In this document: piece after piece, positions 1 to 11,112 of the stretch
How positions within the stretch are numbered: the stretch's first letter is position 1
Layout: every line of letters starts with the position of its first letter
Source of the DNA: Octopus vulgaris
Lineage: Eukaryota
DNA length: 64,000 bases
Reading direction: 5' to 3'
NCBI GenBank assembly: GCA_951406725.2
Contig: OX597822.1
Location: 36,270,001 to 36,334,000, forward strand
The notes under the pieces: model-generated
The model's database searches: none
Seen by the model: the letters and a program-made list of their open reading frames with translations, nothing else
What the model was told of the DNA's origin: nothing
Position numbers and translations under genes: made by a program

Positions 1-61
<61 letters not shown>

Positions 62-68
62 GTATGTA
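1..68. repeat. (TA)n/(TATG)n microsatellite
   Basis: Direct dinucleotide run at the window start. Confidence 0.95.
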
Positions 69-324
69 TTTTGGCCTGCTGACTTAGTCAGTAGGGTGGC
101 CTCGTTAGAAAGCTAAAACGATGCAAAGTACATTGTGACTAGCGATGTATAACAGCATTCAACAGTCTGCTCAATCACATGATCATGTGATATATATATG
201 TGTATGGGACACTGCCTTTGTGTGTGTGTGTGGTGGGAGGAAGAAGAAGCATCCGTTTAGGTGTATATATGCAAGGTTGTTTGGGGAACAAGAATGAAAA
301 CGTGTTTGCATGATTAAATGTATC

Positions 325-548
325 CTTGTGTTTGTGTTTTTTGCATTTGTCCCCACCAACACTTGCTAACCAGTGTTGGTTTGCTTTTTGTCCCTATAAC
401 TTAGTGGTTTGGCAAAAGCATCTGGTAGACTAAGTTCCAGATTTTAAAATAGGTACTGGAGTTGATTTTTTTCAACTAAACCCTTCAAGGTGGTGCTCCA
501 GCATGATCGCAGTCCAATGCCTGCAAAGCAAGTGAAAAATAAAATGTA
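325..548 (+). mobile_element. 3' part of tRNA-head SINE (family A)
   Basis: Shares 'ttgacaaccagtgttggtttg...gtccctataacttag...aagtacc...ccttcaaggtggtgctccagcatg..cagtccaatg' with the copies at 3270-3495, 14085-14470 and 43020-43215. Confidence 0.7.
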
Positions 549-559
549 AATAAATGGAT

Positions 560-860
560 ATAAAACAGTTGAAGGAATCCGGGGTAGAGGTAGACCCAGG
601 AAGACATGGGATGAGGTGGTCAAGCATGACCTTCGAACGTTGGGCCTCACAGAGGCAATGATGAAAGACTGAGACCTCTGGAGATATGCTGTGACTGCAA
701 AAACCCAACAAATAAAGTGAGTTCACCACGTATCCTACACCAGCTTCACATAACCAGCCCCAGCCCATTCAAAGTACCTTGGATCATAGGATGACCTGCT
801 GTGCTTACCTTTGAGTCAAGTACATCAACATCAAAATAAAAATCAAATGGAAATTGTAGT
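560..860 (+). mobile_element. RTE-like LINE 3' fragment (degenerate)
   Basis: Translates as VEGIRGRGRPRKTWDEVVKHDLRTLGLTEAM..DLWRYAV, the typical RTE-clade RT C-terminus; contains an in-frame stop. Confidence 0.7.
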
Positions 861-865
861 TGTGA

Positions 866-1195
866 TACCAGTGCCAGTGGCACGTAAAAAGCACCATCCG
901 AACTTGGTCAATGCCAGCACAGCCTTGACTGGCGTCCGTGTCCATGTCACGTAAAAAGTACCAACTGATCATGGCCATTGCCAGCCTCCTCTGGTCCCTG
1001 TGCTGGTGGCAGGTAAAAAGCACCCACTACACTCATGGAGTGGTTGGCATTAGGAAGGGTATCCAGCTGTAGAAACACTGCCAGATCAGACTGGAGCCTG
1101 GTGCAGCCTCCTGGCTTCCCAGACCCCGCTTGAACCGTCCAAGCCTTGCTAGCATGGAAAACGGACGTTAGACGATGATGATGATGATGATGATG
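866..1195 (+). mobile_element. (GAT)n-tailed retroposon (SINE or LINE 3' tail) with internal ggcacgtaaaaagcacc tandem units
   Basis: Core 'gcacccactacactc..ggagtggttggc.ttaggaagggcatccagctgtagaaac...catgctagcatggaaa.cggacgttaaa(tga)n' recurs about 10 times in the window. Confidence 0.8.
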
Positions 1196-1404
1196 AAACA
1201 AGTGAGATAACTCACCTTTCAGAGTCATGTTCACACTGGCACAAATCTATTAGCTTTTTATATTAGCAGTTTAGGGAGAATTGAAAAGGGGACCTTATGT
1301 TTTACCATACTTGAAGGCACATAAGATACATACAGACATGGTCCTATAAGCAAAGTTGCTTTAAGTTTTTAAATGTTAATGTACTATTATTACCTCTTAT
1401 CATT

Positions 1405-1690
1405 TCATCATCATCCTTTAACATCCACCTTCCATGCTAGCTTGGGTAGGATGGTTTCACAAGAGCTGGCTAGTAGAAGTCTACACCAAACTTCTGTGAC
1501 TGTTTTGGCAGGATTTCCACAGCAACTACTCAACAGAGTTGACTTGGTGCTTTTTACATGGCACAAGCACAGGTGAGGTCAGTCTTGGCAAGATTTTTAC
1601 AGCTGGATGCCCTTCTGAACACCAACCACTTTACAGTGTGGACTGGGTGCTTTTAAGTGGCACCTGCACTGACAGGGACACCAAGTACTT
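1405..1690 (-). mobile_element. (GAT)n-tailed retroposon, reverse copy
   Basis: Starts with (cat)n, followed by the reverse complement of the family core. Confidence 0.7.
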
Positions 1691-1749
1691 GTAAGACAAA
1701 AAAGAAAACTCTCATGAGGGGAGGGGGCATTGGAAGAGGTGATCTTTAG

Positions 1750-2112
1750 TCTGTGGCCATACTGGGGCACCACATCGAAGAATTTTTAATTGAATGAATC
1801 AACCCTAGTACTTAAGTTTTTAAAGCCTGGTACTTCTATCTGTCCCTTTTGCTTACCTGCTAAGTTATAGGGATGTAAACAAACCAACACCATTTGTCAA
1901 GTGGTGATGTGAGACAAACACAGACACAAAGACACACATACATAGATATATGTGATAGGCTTCTTTCAGTTTCCATCCACCAGATCCACTCACAAGGCTT
2001 TGGTGGGTCTAAGGCTATAGTAGAAGGCACTTGCCCAAGGTGTCATAAAGTGGGTCTGGACCTGGAACCATGAGATTGGGAAGTAAGCTTCTTACCATAC
2101 AGCCACACCTGC
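1750..2112 (-). mobile_element. tRNA-head SINE (family A)
   Basis: Minus strand begins gcaggtgtggctgtatggtaagaagc...ggttccagg..cacc ttgggcaagtg (A/B-box-like head), with an internal CA/TA microsatellite. Confidence 0.75.
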
Positions 2113-2267
2113 ACGCTAAATAATCTTTTGGTTATATATGTGCTGTTGAGATTAGGATGTTTCAAGTATACCTGTGTATCTATTTTGACATCAAAAATGG
2201 TATGGATTCTGAATGCTGAAAGAGGTTTAATTTTATCTTTGTCCTTTCAAATGAATTCTGAGTATAG

Positions 2268-2472
2268 AGCCAGAAAGGTAATGCAATGGCGAATCTTCTG
2301 TGTTCTAACAACCAACAAAATGAAAACCACAAAAAAACTGAAGAACGGAGTAACTCTCAACCAAATTGGAAAATATCAACTTTATTACACCATTCTGTAA
2401 ATGAACCTGCCTCTTACAGACCTGCTCCCAGAGTAAAACCAGAAGCTAAAGTCACAGCTGAAGCTGCTAAAG
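2268..2472 (+). CDS. Internal coding exon of an unidentified repeat protein (SQKGNAMANLL...RPAPRVKPEAKVTAEAAK-G)
   Basis: tag acceptor at 2265-2267, open frame, AAG|gtatgt donor at 2473; its phase-1 end joins exon 6255 in frame (G+GA=Gly). The 5' boundary is less certain than the 3' one. Confidence 0.7.
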
Positions 2473-2547
2473 GTATGTGGTTACTTGAAGTTCTTTTTGG
2501 TATTATGTATGATACTTGCTTTTTTTTTTAATATTAATTATGACCAA

Positions 2548-2910
2548 TCTCCTGGAAACTGTTCAGAAACATGCAACCGTCCGTCAGACATCTACCATAC
2601 TCTGAACCCTTGGCATGAATGCATTAAAGTTCCAAGGTTGGACAACTGACTTGCAAGTCACCTGCAAGATATCACCTACCACCTTTCCAACAACAACCTT
2701 GGGCCCCTTTTTGAATTTCCAATGTCTAATGCTCATGGACATGCTTACAAAATCAAAAAGCAACACAGCACCCATGACTTTCAGAAACATTTTTTCACAC
2801 TTAGAATTGCTGAAGCATGGAATAAACTACCCACATCAGTGGCTGGATGTCAGGGCACTGCATCCTTCAAAACTTCCATGCTTCCTGAAATTTGCCAACA
2901 GTGCACCTGA
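2548..2910 (+). mobile_element. CR1/L2-type LINE 3' fragment
   Basis: LLETVQKHATVR...HGHAYKIKKQHSTHDFQKHFFTLRIAEAWNKLP is the CR1/L2 RT C-terminal signature; near-identical family copy at 61510-62175. Confidence 0.8.
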
Positions 2911-3174
2911 TACTCCTCTAACTTTCTTTTTATTTAGTGACTCATTTACTATTCACTCCCTGTGCATTATTCTATGTGTTGTTCGTGCATTTTTGGTTAC
3001 TTTTATTGATGAGCTGTAGTGCAGCTGAACACTCTATACAATAAGTTTATCACCAAAAAAATTTATTTTTAGAATTACTTTGAAAGGTATTTGTGAAAGG
3101 CTGGATATGGCCAAGTTTAAACATAAAATGGGTAGAATATTTTGATCGGATATGGCCTGTTTAAATATTTAAGG

Positions 3175-3495
3175 GGTCAGGGTATGCATGTCTTTGGAGT
3201 GCTTAGCCATTTGCACATTAATTTCATGAGCAGGTCAACTGGAACCCTTGTTATTGTGACCAACAGAATGCCAGTGTGTATTATTGTGTTTGTCCCACAC
3301 TGCTTGACAACCAGTGCTGGACTGTTTATATCTCTGTAACTTAACAGTTCAACAAAAGAAAACCAATAAAATAAGTACCAAACATTAAAAACAAAATTAA
3401 GTACTGGGTTTGATTTGTTTGACTAAAACCCTTCAAGATGGTGCCCCAACATGGCCACAGTCCAATGATTAAAACAAGTAAAAGATAAAATTTTA
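3175..3495 (+). mobile_element. SINE body/3' end (family A related)
   Basis: Shared 3' tail motif 'aagtactgg..ttgatttgtttgactaaaacccttcaag.tggtgccccaacatggcc.cagtccaatga'. Confidence 0.65.
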
Positions 3496-3515
3496 AAATA
3501 TTATATATATATATT

Positions 3516-3748
3516 CTTTTATTCTTTTACTTGTTTCAGTCAATTGACTTGGCCATGCTGAAGTACTACCTTTAGTCAAGCAAACTGACCCCAGGATTGA
3601 TTCTTTGTGAGCATAGTACTTACTCTATCAGTCACTTTAGCCAAACCGCTTAGTTACATGGACGTAAACACACCAGCATCGGTTGTCAAGCGATGTTGGG
3701 TGGACAAGCACAGACACACAAACATATACACACACATACATACATACA

Positions 3749-3815
<67 letters not shown>
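3516..3815 (-). mobile_element. SINE family A, 3' half (split by the Penelope insertion) plus (TA)n
   Basis: Collinear with 1750-1950; the sequence continues at 6010-6195 after the Penelope element. Confidence 0.75.
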
Positions 3816-3819
<4 letters not shown>

Positions 3820-3868
3820 AAACAAGTCAAAAATAGAAAATGCTAAGATAATTTTATAGTGAATCTTT

Positions 3869-3906
3869 CAGTACCGGTTTCGGTCATTTTGAGACCTTTT
3901 CAACTG
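3869..3906 (-). ncRNA. Minimal type I hammerhead ribozyme (U3-A8 variant) at the Penelope 3' terminal repeat
   Basis: Minus strand reads cag-TTGAAAA-GGTC-tcaaaat-GACC-GAAA-CCGG-TA-ctg: stem I cag/ctg, stem II 4 bp, palindromic ACCGGT helix III. Confidence 0.7.
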
Positions 3907-4243
3907 TAACGATTAAATAATTAAATTTAGAAAAATTAGAAGAAAAGTTTTTTTAAAAGAATATTTCTGTAGTAGTGTTCAGATATAAGTATCATTCTGC
4001 CTTTCTCTGACTCCCTTGTTTGCACTTGTGTGTTGGAGGTCGTTTTGAGTTCTTGGTAGGATAGGTGAAGAATAATGAGGCTGATGTGGAGAGGGGGTGG
4101 GGAAATCTGGGAATGCCTTAATGGTCGTATTTTGAATGGTCAGTGGCTGACAGTAGTCGCAGTTCAATTCAGGAATTGTTTATGGAATTTGCGTAGGCGT
4201 TATACTGAAAGACATTAGTGACAAGGTTAAGGGGTGGAAGGTG

Positions 4244-4410
4244 GAGAAGTAGAAGAAGAAGAAGATGACGATGTTGATGATGATGATGATGAAGAAGAAG
4301 AAGGAGAAGGAGAAGATGGTGGTGATGATGGTGGTGATGATGATGACGACGATGATGATGATAATGATGATGATGAAGAAGAAGAGGAAGAAGAAGAAGA
4401 AAAAAACAGA
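4244..4410. repeat. (GAA)n/(GAT)n trinucleotide tract within the Penelope 3' region
   Basis: Direct trinucleotide runs. Confidence 0.9.
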
Positions 4411-5967
4411 GAAGGGAGAATATGAATGGGTGTAAGTATAGCTGTGATGGGGCTGATTAGTAATGGATTCTATGGAGTGTAATATTTGTGTGTGTATATA
4501 TTTCTTTTATTCTAAAGTTGAGGTATATTAATTGTTTGTCGTAGACCCGTTAAGAAGTGGCTTGTATTTTGTAATAAAGAGATTTTCTTTACTTATTCGT
4601 TGTCTCGAGGTTGTATCGTCCCTAAATTGGTAGAGGGGGAAAATTCTGAAGTTTGGTGTTTTTTTGTTGGCGCAAGTATCTATGTGTTGGCTAAAAGCTA
4701 TTTTTCTGTTTTGGGGAATTTTTATCTGGGATCTGTGCAGGGCCATTCGTTTACGCAAACCATTTTTTGTTTGGCCTATGTACTGCTCTTGACACCCGGA
4801 GCAGGTTAGTGAGTATATTAGGTTCTCCGAAGCACATGTTGCTTTTCACTGTAAACCGTTGTCCCTGTTTGAAGGAGAACTCTGATCCCTCAATTAGATA
4901 GTCGCATATCCCGCAATTGGGTCTTCCACATTTTTTTACTGTCGGCTTCTGTGTTGAAGAGTGAATTCGGGCTTGTGTAAGGAGACTTTTCATGGATCTA
5001 GGCTGTCTTTTGCTTTTTATAATCGTGTGTGTTTGGAGGATTGTGTTCATTCTGTGGTCTTTTTTTAGGAGGGGTATGTTGTGGAGGATGGTGTCGAAGG
5101 CTTCGTTATTGAGAGGGTTGTGTGTGGAGATGTATGGTAAGGCTTTTGGTTGTAAGTTTTTCTTTGATTTGGGATGTCTCAGTTCCTTGATGTTAAGTTG
5201 AAGGGCACGTTGAATGCACTTGTCAATAAGTGAAGGTGGATAGTTCCTGGTGATAAGGGTATCTTTTAGTTCTTGTAGTCGTGTGTCTCTGGTGTTTGCG
5301 TTAGAGACTATAGTGCATATCCTTTTTGCTAGATTGAAGGGGATATTCATCCTGGTGTGTCTGGGGTGGCATGAATTGAATGGAAGATATTGCTTAGAGT
5401 CTGTAGGCTTATAGTATATGTCTGTTTCTATTATATTATTAGCTTTCTTAATGAGGATATCGAGGAAGGGGAGTTGTTGTTGGCTATATTCCATCGTGAA
5501 TTGGATGTTTACGTCCAGTCCGTTTAAAATTTTCTGGAATTCTATGAGTTTTTCTATATTTTTATGCCAAAGGATGAAACAGTCATCTAGATATCTCTTC
5601 CAGTTGTTTTCTATGTAGATGGAGAAAGGGCTGCCATATCTTTCTAGAACCTTACGATACAGACTGATCTCTAGGTATCCTATGACTAGGTTGGCAAAGG
5701 AGGGGCCCATTCGTGTACCCATCGCAGTCCCTGATTTTTGTCGGTAGAAGTTGTCATTGAAGGCGAAGAAGTTATTTTCCAGGATGAATTTAACCCCTTC
5801 TATCACAAATTCTTTTTTGATGCGGTGTGGTAGTTCGTTGGCGTGATTCTCTAGCCAGAATTGGATTGCCTCTAGTCCTAGGTTGTGGGGGATATTGGAG
5901 TAGAGGTTGACTACATCGAAGGATACCAGTATGGTGTTTTTGTTTATAGTATTCGGTAGGTGATTGA

Positions 5968-5969
<2 letters not shown>

Positions 5970-6019
<50 letters not shown>

Positions 6020-6195
6020 GTATATATACATATACATATAACAGGCTACTTTCAGTTTCCATCTACCAAATCCACTCACAGGGCTTTGGACAACCCAAAG
6101 TTATACTAGTAGAAGATACTTGCCCAAGGTGCCAAGGTGGAACTGAACCTGCAACCTTGTGGTTGGTAAGCAAACTACTTACCACCCAGCCTCTC
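5970..6195 (-). mobile_element. (TA)n plus SINE family A 5' half with tRNA-like head
   Basis: Collinear with 1950-2112 (ttcagtttccatc.acca.atccactcaca.ggcttt...cttgcccaaggtg...). Confidence 0.75.
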
Positions 6196-6254
6196 CTGAA
6201 TATTTTAATTGAAATCATGAAAATTTCTTCTCAACTTTTTTATTTTGATTACAG

Positions 6255-6673
6255 GAGCTTCAATGGCTGCTATCTTGAGTCAACCACCAAAAAGCAAACC
6301 AGTTCCAACAGTGTTTCACATAAAAAATACAACAAACTCTTCATACCTCTGGAACAAGGCAGTTAACAACATCACTAAAGGAGAGCAAATGAGAAAAGTG
6401 CTGAGCAGCAACAGTGATGCAGAAATAGCTGCTGTACCAGCAGCTCGGGTGAAAAGAGAAGGCCAGCATATGTCAAATCTCGACAAAGGAGGCCGTATGA
6501 ACAAACTGATTTATGATACCAGCTCACTTCCATCACCTATTAAACCAGTTCCCAGATGTGGCATGTCTAAAGTTGCCAAGAAGATAATGCAACAGAATAG
6601 AGGTACTGTTGGAAGCGTTTTAACAAATTTGGCAAGCCATCAGATCGTTTTACAACCTGGAGTCAGAAGTTGA
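6255..6673 (+). CDS. Terminal coding exon of the unidentified repeat protein (ASMAAILSQ...PAARVKREG...PVPRCG...QPGVRS*)
   Basis: Pyrimidine tract and acag acceptor at 6254, 139-codon open frame to TGA 6671-6673, in phase with exon 2268-2472 and sharing its repeat motif. Confidence 0.75.
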
Positions 6674-6704
6674 GAGACTTTCATCTAAGTTCATGCCTCT
6701 GGTT

Positions 6705-6761
6705 ATCTATCTATCTGTCTGTGTGTATGTATGTCTATCTATCTATCTATATATATATCTG

Positions 6762-6794
<33 letters not shown>

Positions 6795-6814
6795 ATATCT
6801 ACCTACCTACCTAC

Positions 6815-6849
<35 letters not shown>

Positions 6850-6915
6850 CCTACCTACTTATCTATCTACCTATCTATCTATCTATCTATCTACCTGTTT
6901 GTACACACACACACG
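6705..6915. repeat. (CTAT)n/(CTAC)n microsatellite
   Basis: Direct tetranucleotide run. Confidence 0.95.
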
Positions 6916-7486
6916 CATATATATTCTTTAACTTGTTTGTCATTAGACTCCCTACCAAAAAGAACAAACTAGATTTATTCTGTTTGATATCGGCTGCCAT
7001 ATAGATTATTTATATATAATCAGTTGATATCAAACTGGATAAATCTCTCTCTCTCTCAATATATATATATGTATGCATACAAGCATATATTTATATATAT
7101 ATATGCATACATGCATATATTTTCTCACCTACCTTATTCCCTCAACCATCATCCTCCTCAAATATTTGTGACTGTGATTTGCAAAGCAAATTCCTTACAC
7201 TGTCGTCCCTTTATCCCTATTTATTCTACTACTAACCAAGTTAGAATAAGGGTGGAGGGCAGGTCACAAGCCTTTGACTTTGAATAGCTTTACTACCCCT
7301 GTTAGAGGCAAAAGAGGATCTTTTGGTAAAGAATTGCCTTTCTTTTTATTTATAAATGATTTTATTTCTTTTATTCTTTTTTGTTATTTGTAAATCTATC
7401 ATGTATACACATAAGTGCTATATACCTATATAACACATGCAAATTATATGCATATTGCACTGATTACTGAAATACTTAATGAACTG

Positions 7487-7740
7487 TTTGAAATCGGGCC
7501 TACATTTCACATCTGGTCTAGATCTAGTTGAAATGGTGCCAACATTTCAAATCTGTCCTGGGTCTATTACTATTTGAAATGAGCCTCCATTTTACATCTG
7601 CCTCAGACCTGCTACAAGCTGAGATGAGCCTGAATTTCACATCTGTCCTGGGCCCACCATTTGAAAGGGAAACTGCATTTCATATCTGCACTGGACCTAT
7701 TACCAGTTGAAATGAGCTTTCATTTCACATCTGACCCAGA
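7487..7740. repeat. Degenerate minisatellite, about 6 units of 41-47 bp
   Basis: Recurring ttgaaatgagcct.catttcacatctg.cc..gacct core. Confidence 0.85.
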
Positions 7741-8541
7741 TTTTCATGAGCCAATTACTGACAAAAATTCCTTCTTTATTGCAAGAACTGTTTTCACTCA
7801 GTAAGTTTACACTTTTCTTCACAGTATTGCAAGAAAATCTTTTCAAATTTCTACCCACCTCTAGAATTTCTCCAAATTCATTTCCACATACACATCAGCA
7901 CATTTCTTGAAGTGTCATGCCAGATGTGAGTGATGAATTAAAAATGCAATTTTTTGTTTTAATTTACCACAAACTTCAATCTTTTTAACACCAAACATAC
8001 CTGTATTAAAGTGTTGAAATTTAAATTCCAATCTTGAACTGAAATTTTATTTTTGCACAAAAGATTAAAATAAGATTTGAATTTGTAAAAAATTACCTTT
8101 CAATAAATAAGCTAATTCATTAAGTCTCTCATAATTCTTGATTATTTAAAAAAATTATGTGTTAATTTTATACATGTGTGTGTGTGTGTGTTTTACATTT
8201 ATGTCTCTCCTAAAAAAAAATAATTCAGCTACCAATCAGCAAATCTTCCCACTGGCTTTGCATCTTTAAACATATGAAAAAACTAGAGATCTATTACTTA
8301 AGAAACAAGTAAAGGTTAGTAACAGGAGAGCATCCAGCTGTAAAATAAGGCCTCAATTATATATTCAACTAACGTATGGAAAAACAGGTATAAAATGTAC
8401 ATACATACATGCATACATATGTATGTATGTATAAACCTTTATACTTCTTATTTCTTCTTTCTTTCCATCTCCTTATTCTTTTACTCCCTTACTCTATGTC
8501 ATCATCTTATTAATATATACCATTCTCATTTTCCCTATTTG

Positions 8542-8595
8542 TCTCTGATGACGGAATATCCCATAGTCGAGGATATCCCAGAAACAGCTGTAAGA
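8542..8595 (+). ncRNA. Minimal type I hammerhead ribozyme motif (probably a solo Penelope terminal repeat)
   Basis: tct-CTGATGA-[cggaatatcc catagtcga ggatatccca]-GAAA-CAGCTG-TA-aga: canonical core, palindromic ACAGCTGT helix III, imperfect helix II. Confidence 0.65.
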
Positions 8596-8716
8596 TTTTG
8601 AATTTCTTCCTATAATAATATTATATATGACTTGAGATGCTTGCTTTGCTTTAATGTTTGCTGTCCTGTTTAAAAATTATATCTATTTATCTGTCTGTCT
8701 ATCTATCTATCATAAC

Positions 8717-9057
8717 TGGCATCCATGCCAGTAGCACATAAATAGCATCATTCAAGCATTGGGCCTCACGGAGGCAATGTGACTGATACTGGTGTCACAG
8801 AATAGGCACCCATGCCAGTGGCACATAAAAAGCACCATTCAAGTGCTGGGCCTCATGGAGGTAATGTGGCCAATGCCAGTGTCATGTAAAAGCATCCATT
8901 ACACTCTTGGAGTGGTTGGTGTTAGGAAGGGCATCCAGCCATAGAAACCTTACTAAATCAGACTGGAGTCTGGTACAGCCCCTCAGCCTGTCTCCCCAGT
9001 TAAACCATCCAACTCAAGGTAGCATGGTCAATAGCTGTTAAATATGATGATGATGAT
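8717..9057 (+). mobile_element. (GAT)n-tailed retroposon
   Basis: Family core with tandem 5' units and a (gat)n tail. Confidence 0.75.
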
Positions 9058-9560
9058 GCATGATGGCATTTCTACAATGCAGTAATTTTGTGTATAAAGC
9101 TTACCTGTTTCTGACGATTTGACTGCACACCTTGGCTATGTATTAACTTTGCGTAACTAATAATCAGCTTTTATTAATGAGAAGTATGTAAGGTAGTGCA
9201 ACTAAATATCTTATAAACAATCTTTCATGTTTCATTTACTTATTTTACATATATGTATGTATGTATGTATATAAATATATATATTTATTGTGTTGTTTGG
9301 CCTGTGTTCTGTTTTTACGTTGTTAAAAAAAAGTCTGTTCCCTTGTTTTTATGTTTTCGTTTCTCGTTGAGTTCTACGTCTATTTGTGGTGTCCTGTACT
9401 CACATGTATATATTTATATATGCATGTATATATACATGTAGATGTATGTACGTACATATATGTATGTATGTATGTATGCATATATTTTATTTATTACATT
9501 ATTGTATGACTGAGCACCCTCGCGTTGTTTTGTTTTGTTCTTTCCTTTCTCCCAGTATGC

Positions 9561-9591
<31 letters not shown>

Positions 9592-9635
9592 TATATGCAT
9601 GTGTGTGTGTGTGTGTGTGTCTGTCTGTCTATCTA

Positions 9636-9852
9636 TGTGGGGGTACCGAAAAGTTCCTGGCTTTGGGTAAAAGAAAATACAGAAGGATCAGTTAGTTATG
9701 ATTTTATTTAACAATTTCCCTTCTAAAGTTCACAAACTTATTGTAGTAGTCCTTCAGTTTTTCTAAGCCTTGTGAAAGAACTCTGAAGACTGGACCTCCA
9801 ACTAGGCTTTTTGTGATACCCTTAAGACAAGGAACTTTTCAGTACCCCCTCA
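9636..9852. mobile_element. Mariner-type MITE
   Basis: TIRs tgtgggggtaccgaaaagttcctgg / caaggaacttttcagtaccccctca, flanked by TA. Confidence 0.75.
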
Positions 9853-10800
9853 TATCTATCTATCTAGCTAGCTAGCTCTATCTCTCTGTGTGTATATATA
9901 TATATATATACAATACATGTGTGTGTATGTAAATGTCACCAAAATCAGGAAATTGAGTCTAAAATAATCAAACATTAATATTAATGGCAGTGCCCCAGCA
10001 AGACCACCTTTGGCTGAAACCATGAAACTGATTATAGAATAATAAAACAAACAATGTGTGTGTGTGTGCATACAACTGTATGTTACATATACAGGCTTTT
10101 GGTTGCCTTGAAAGCATTTAAGCCAGGTTGCTAGTGTCGATAACTATTTTGAAAGCCCTGAAAAGAAGAAGGACCATGTAATTTTGCCCCTTGCACTTCT
10201 GACAAAAAAGTATCAAATGTAGAAACCCATAACTGAGCTGCTTACTGGACAAGAATTACGAGACCTTGAGATGCTAAGCTTCTGTAATGGTCTGACTTTT
10301 TCCTTTCCCTGCTGGAAAAAGAGCTATGTCATAAGTAATAAAATATTTTCAGTATAATGGAATGAAAAGATCTTGGCATGCTAAGTTATTAAATTAGTCT
10401 GACCTTTTCTTTACATTAGCACGAAAGAAAAAAGAAAACTGTTATGTGTTAGAAAATACCGTCAGTTACCATTTACTGCTATTTAACTGTTTGTTTTTCT
10501 TGAATCAAGAATAGCAAACAAGTGTTTTTGTTACTGTTTGTTAATTTTACACCCAATTTTCCATGATGATATGGATTGGACAGAGATCAGAGATTTAATC
10601 TAAGCAGCATGTTATAGTTGGATGACCTTTCTCTTGCCAACCCTCACCTGTTTTTCTAGTAAGAAATTTTCTTTATCCCAATAAAGCACAGTGATAGGAT
10701 GTTTTTGTCAACAGTGGATTTAGATATCATATCACTGTTTTGCTCACATGGTGGAAAGAAATAGAATCTTTACATTTGCATACATATATACACACGAGTT

Positions 10801-11112
10801 GGAGGCGCAATGGCCCAGTGATTAGGGCAGCGGACTCACGGTCGAAGGATCGTGGTTTCAATTCCCAGACCGGGCATTGTGTGTGTTTATTGAGCAAAAA
10901 CACCTAAAGCTCTACGAGGCTCTGGCAGGGAGGTGGGGGTGGCAACCCCAGTTGTACTCTTTCGCCCCAACTTTCTCTCATTCTTTATTCCTGTTTCTTG
11001 AGTAACGCTGCAATGGACTGGGGTCCCGTCCCGCTGGGGGGGGAACACAGACACCACAGAAACCGGGCCCATGAGCCTGGCTAGGCTTTAAAAGGGCACA
11101 TAAATAAAAAAA
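10801..11112 (+). mobile_element. tRNA-head SINE (family B)
   Basis: ggaggcgcaatggcccagtgattaggg...ggtttcaattccc (A/B boxes), ends ggctaggctttaaaagggcaca plus an A-rich tail; related to the reverse copy at 33660-33908. Confidence 0.8.

Larger units (their letters stand above)
3816..5969 (-). mobile_element. Penelope-like retroelement, 5'-truncated (RT + GIY-YIG endonuclease, one frameshift)
   Basis: RT motifs SFDVVNLY, QKSGTAMGTRMGPSFANL, RYLDD, LPFLDI, YYKPT, SCHP and CGRPNCGIC. After a frameshift near 4838 the frame reads CASENLIYSLTCSGCQEQYIGQT..LRKRMALH...KENLFITKYKPLLN (GIY-YIG), stop at 4528. Both ends abut (TA)n. Confidence 0.92.

Noticed and set aside
4234-4425. Acidic poly-D/E ORF
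   Set aside because: Trinucleotide tract inside the Penelope 3' region, with no supporting splice sites or context.
5970-6079. N-terminal part of the 442-aa ORF
   Set aside because: Read-through of (TA)n and SINE sequence; the Penelope element is truncated at about 5969.
7487-7740. CRISPR-like repeat/spacer appearance
   Set aside because: Eukaryotic context, degenerate units, spacers short and related to each other, no cas genes.
10801-10875. tRNA-like sequences (also at 12437, 33840-33908, 50688)
   Set aside because: A/B boxes run straight into SINE bodies and I could not fold a complete cloverleaf; these are SINE heads.
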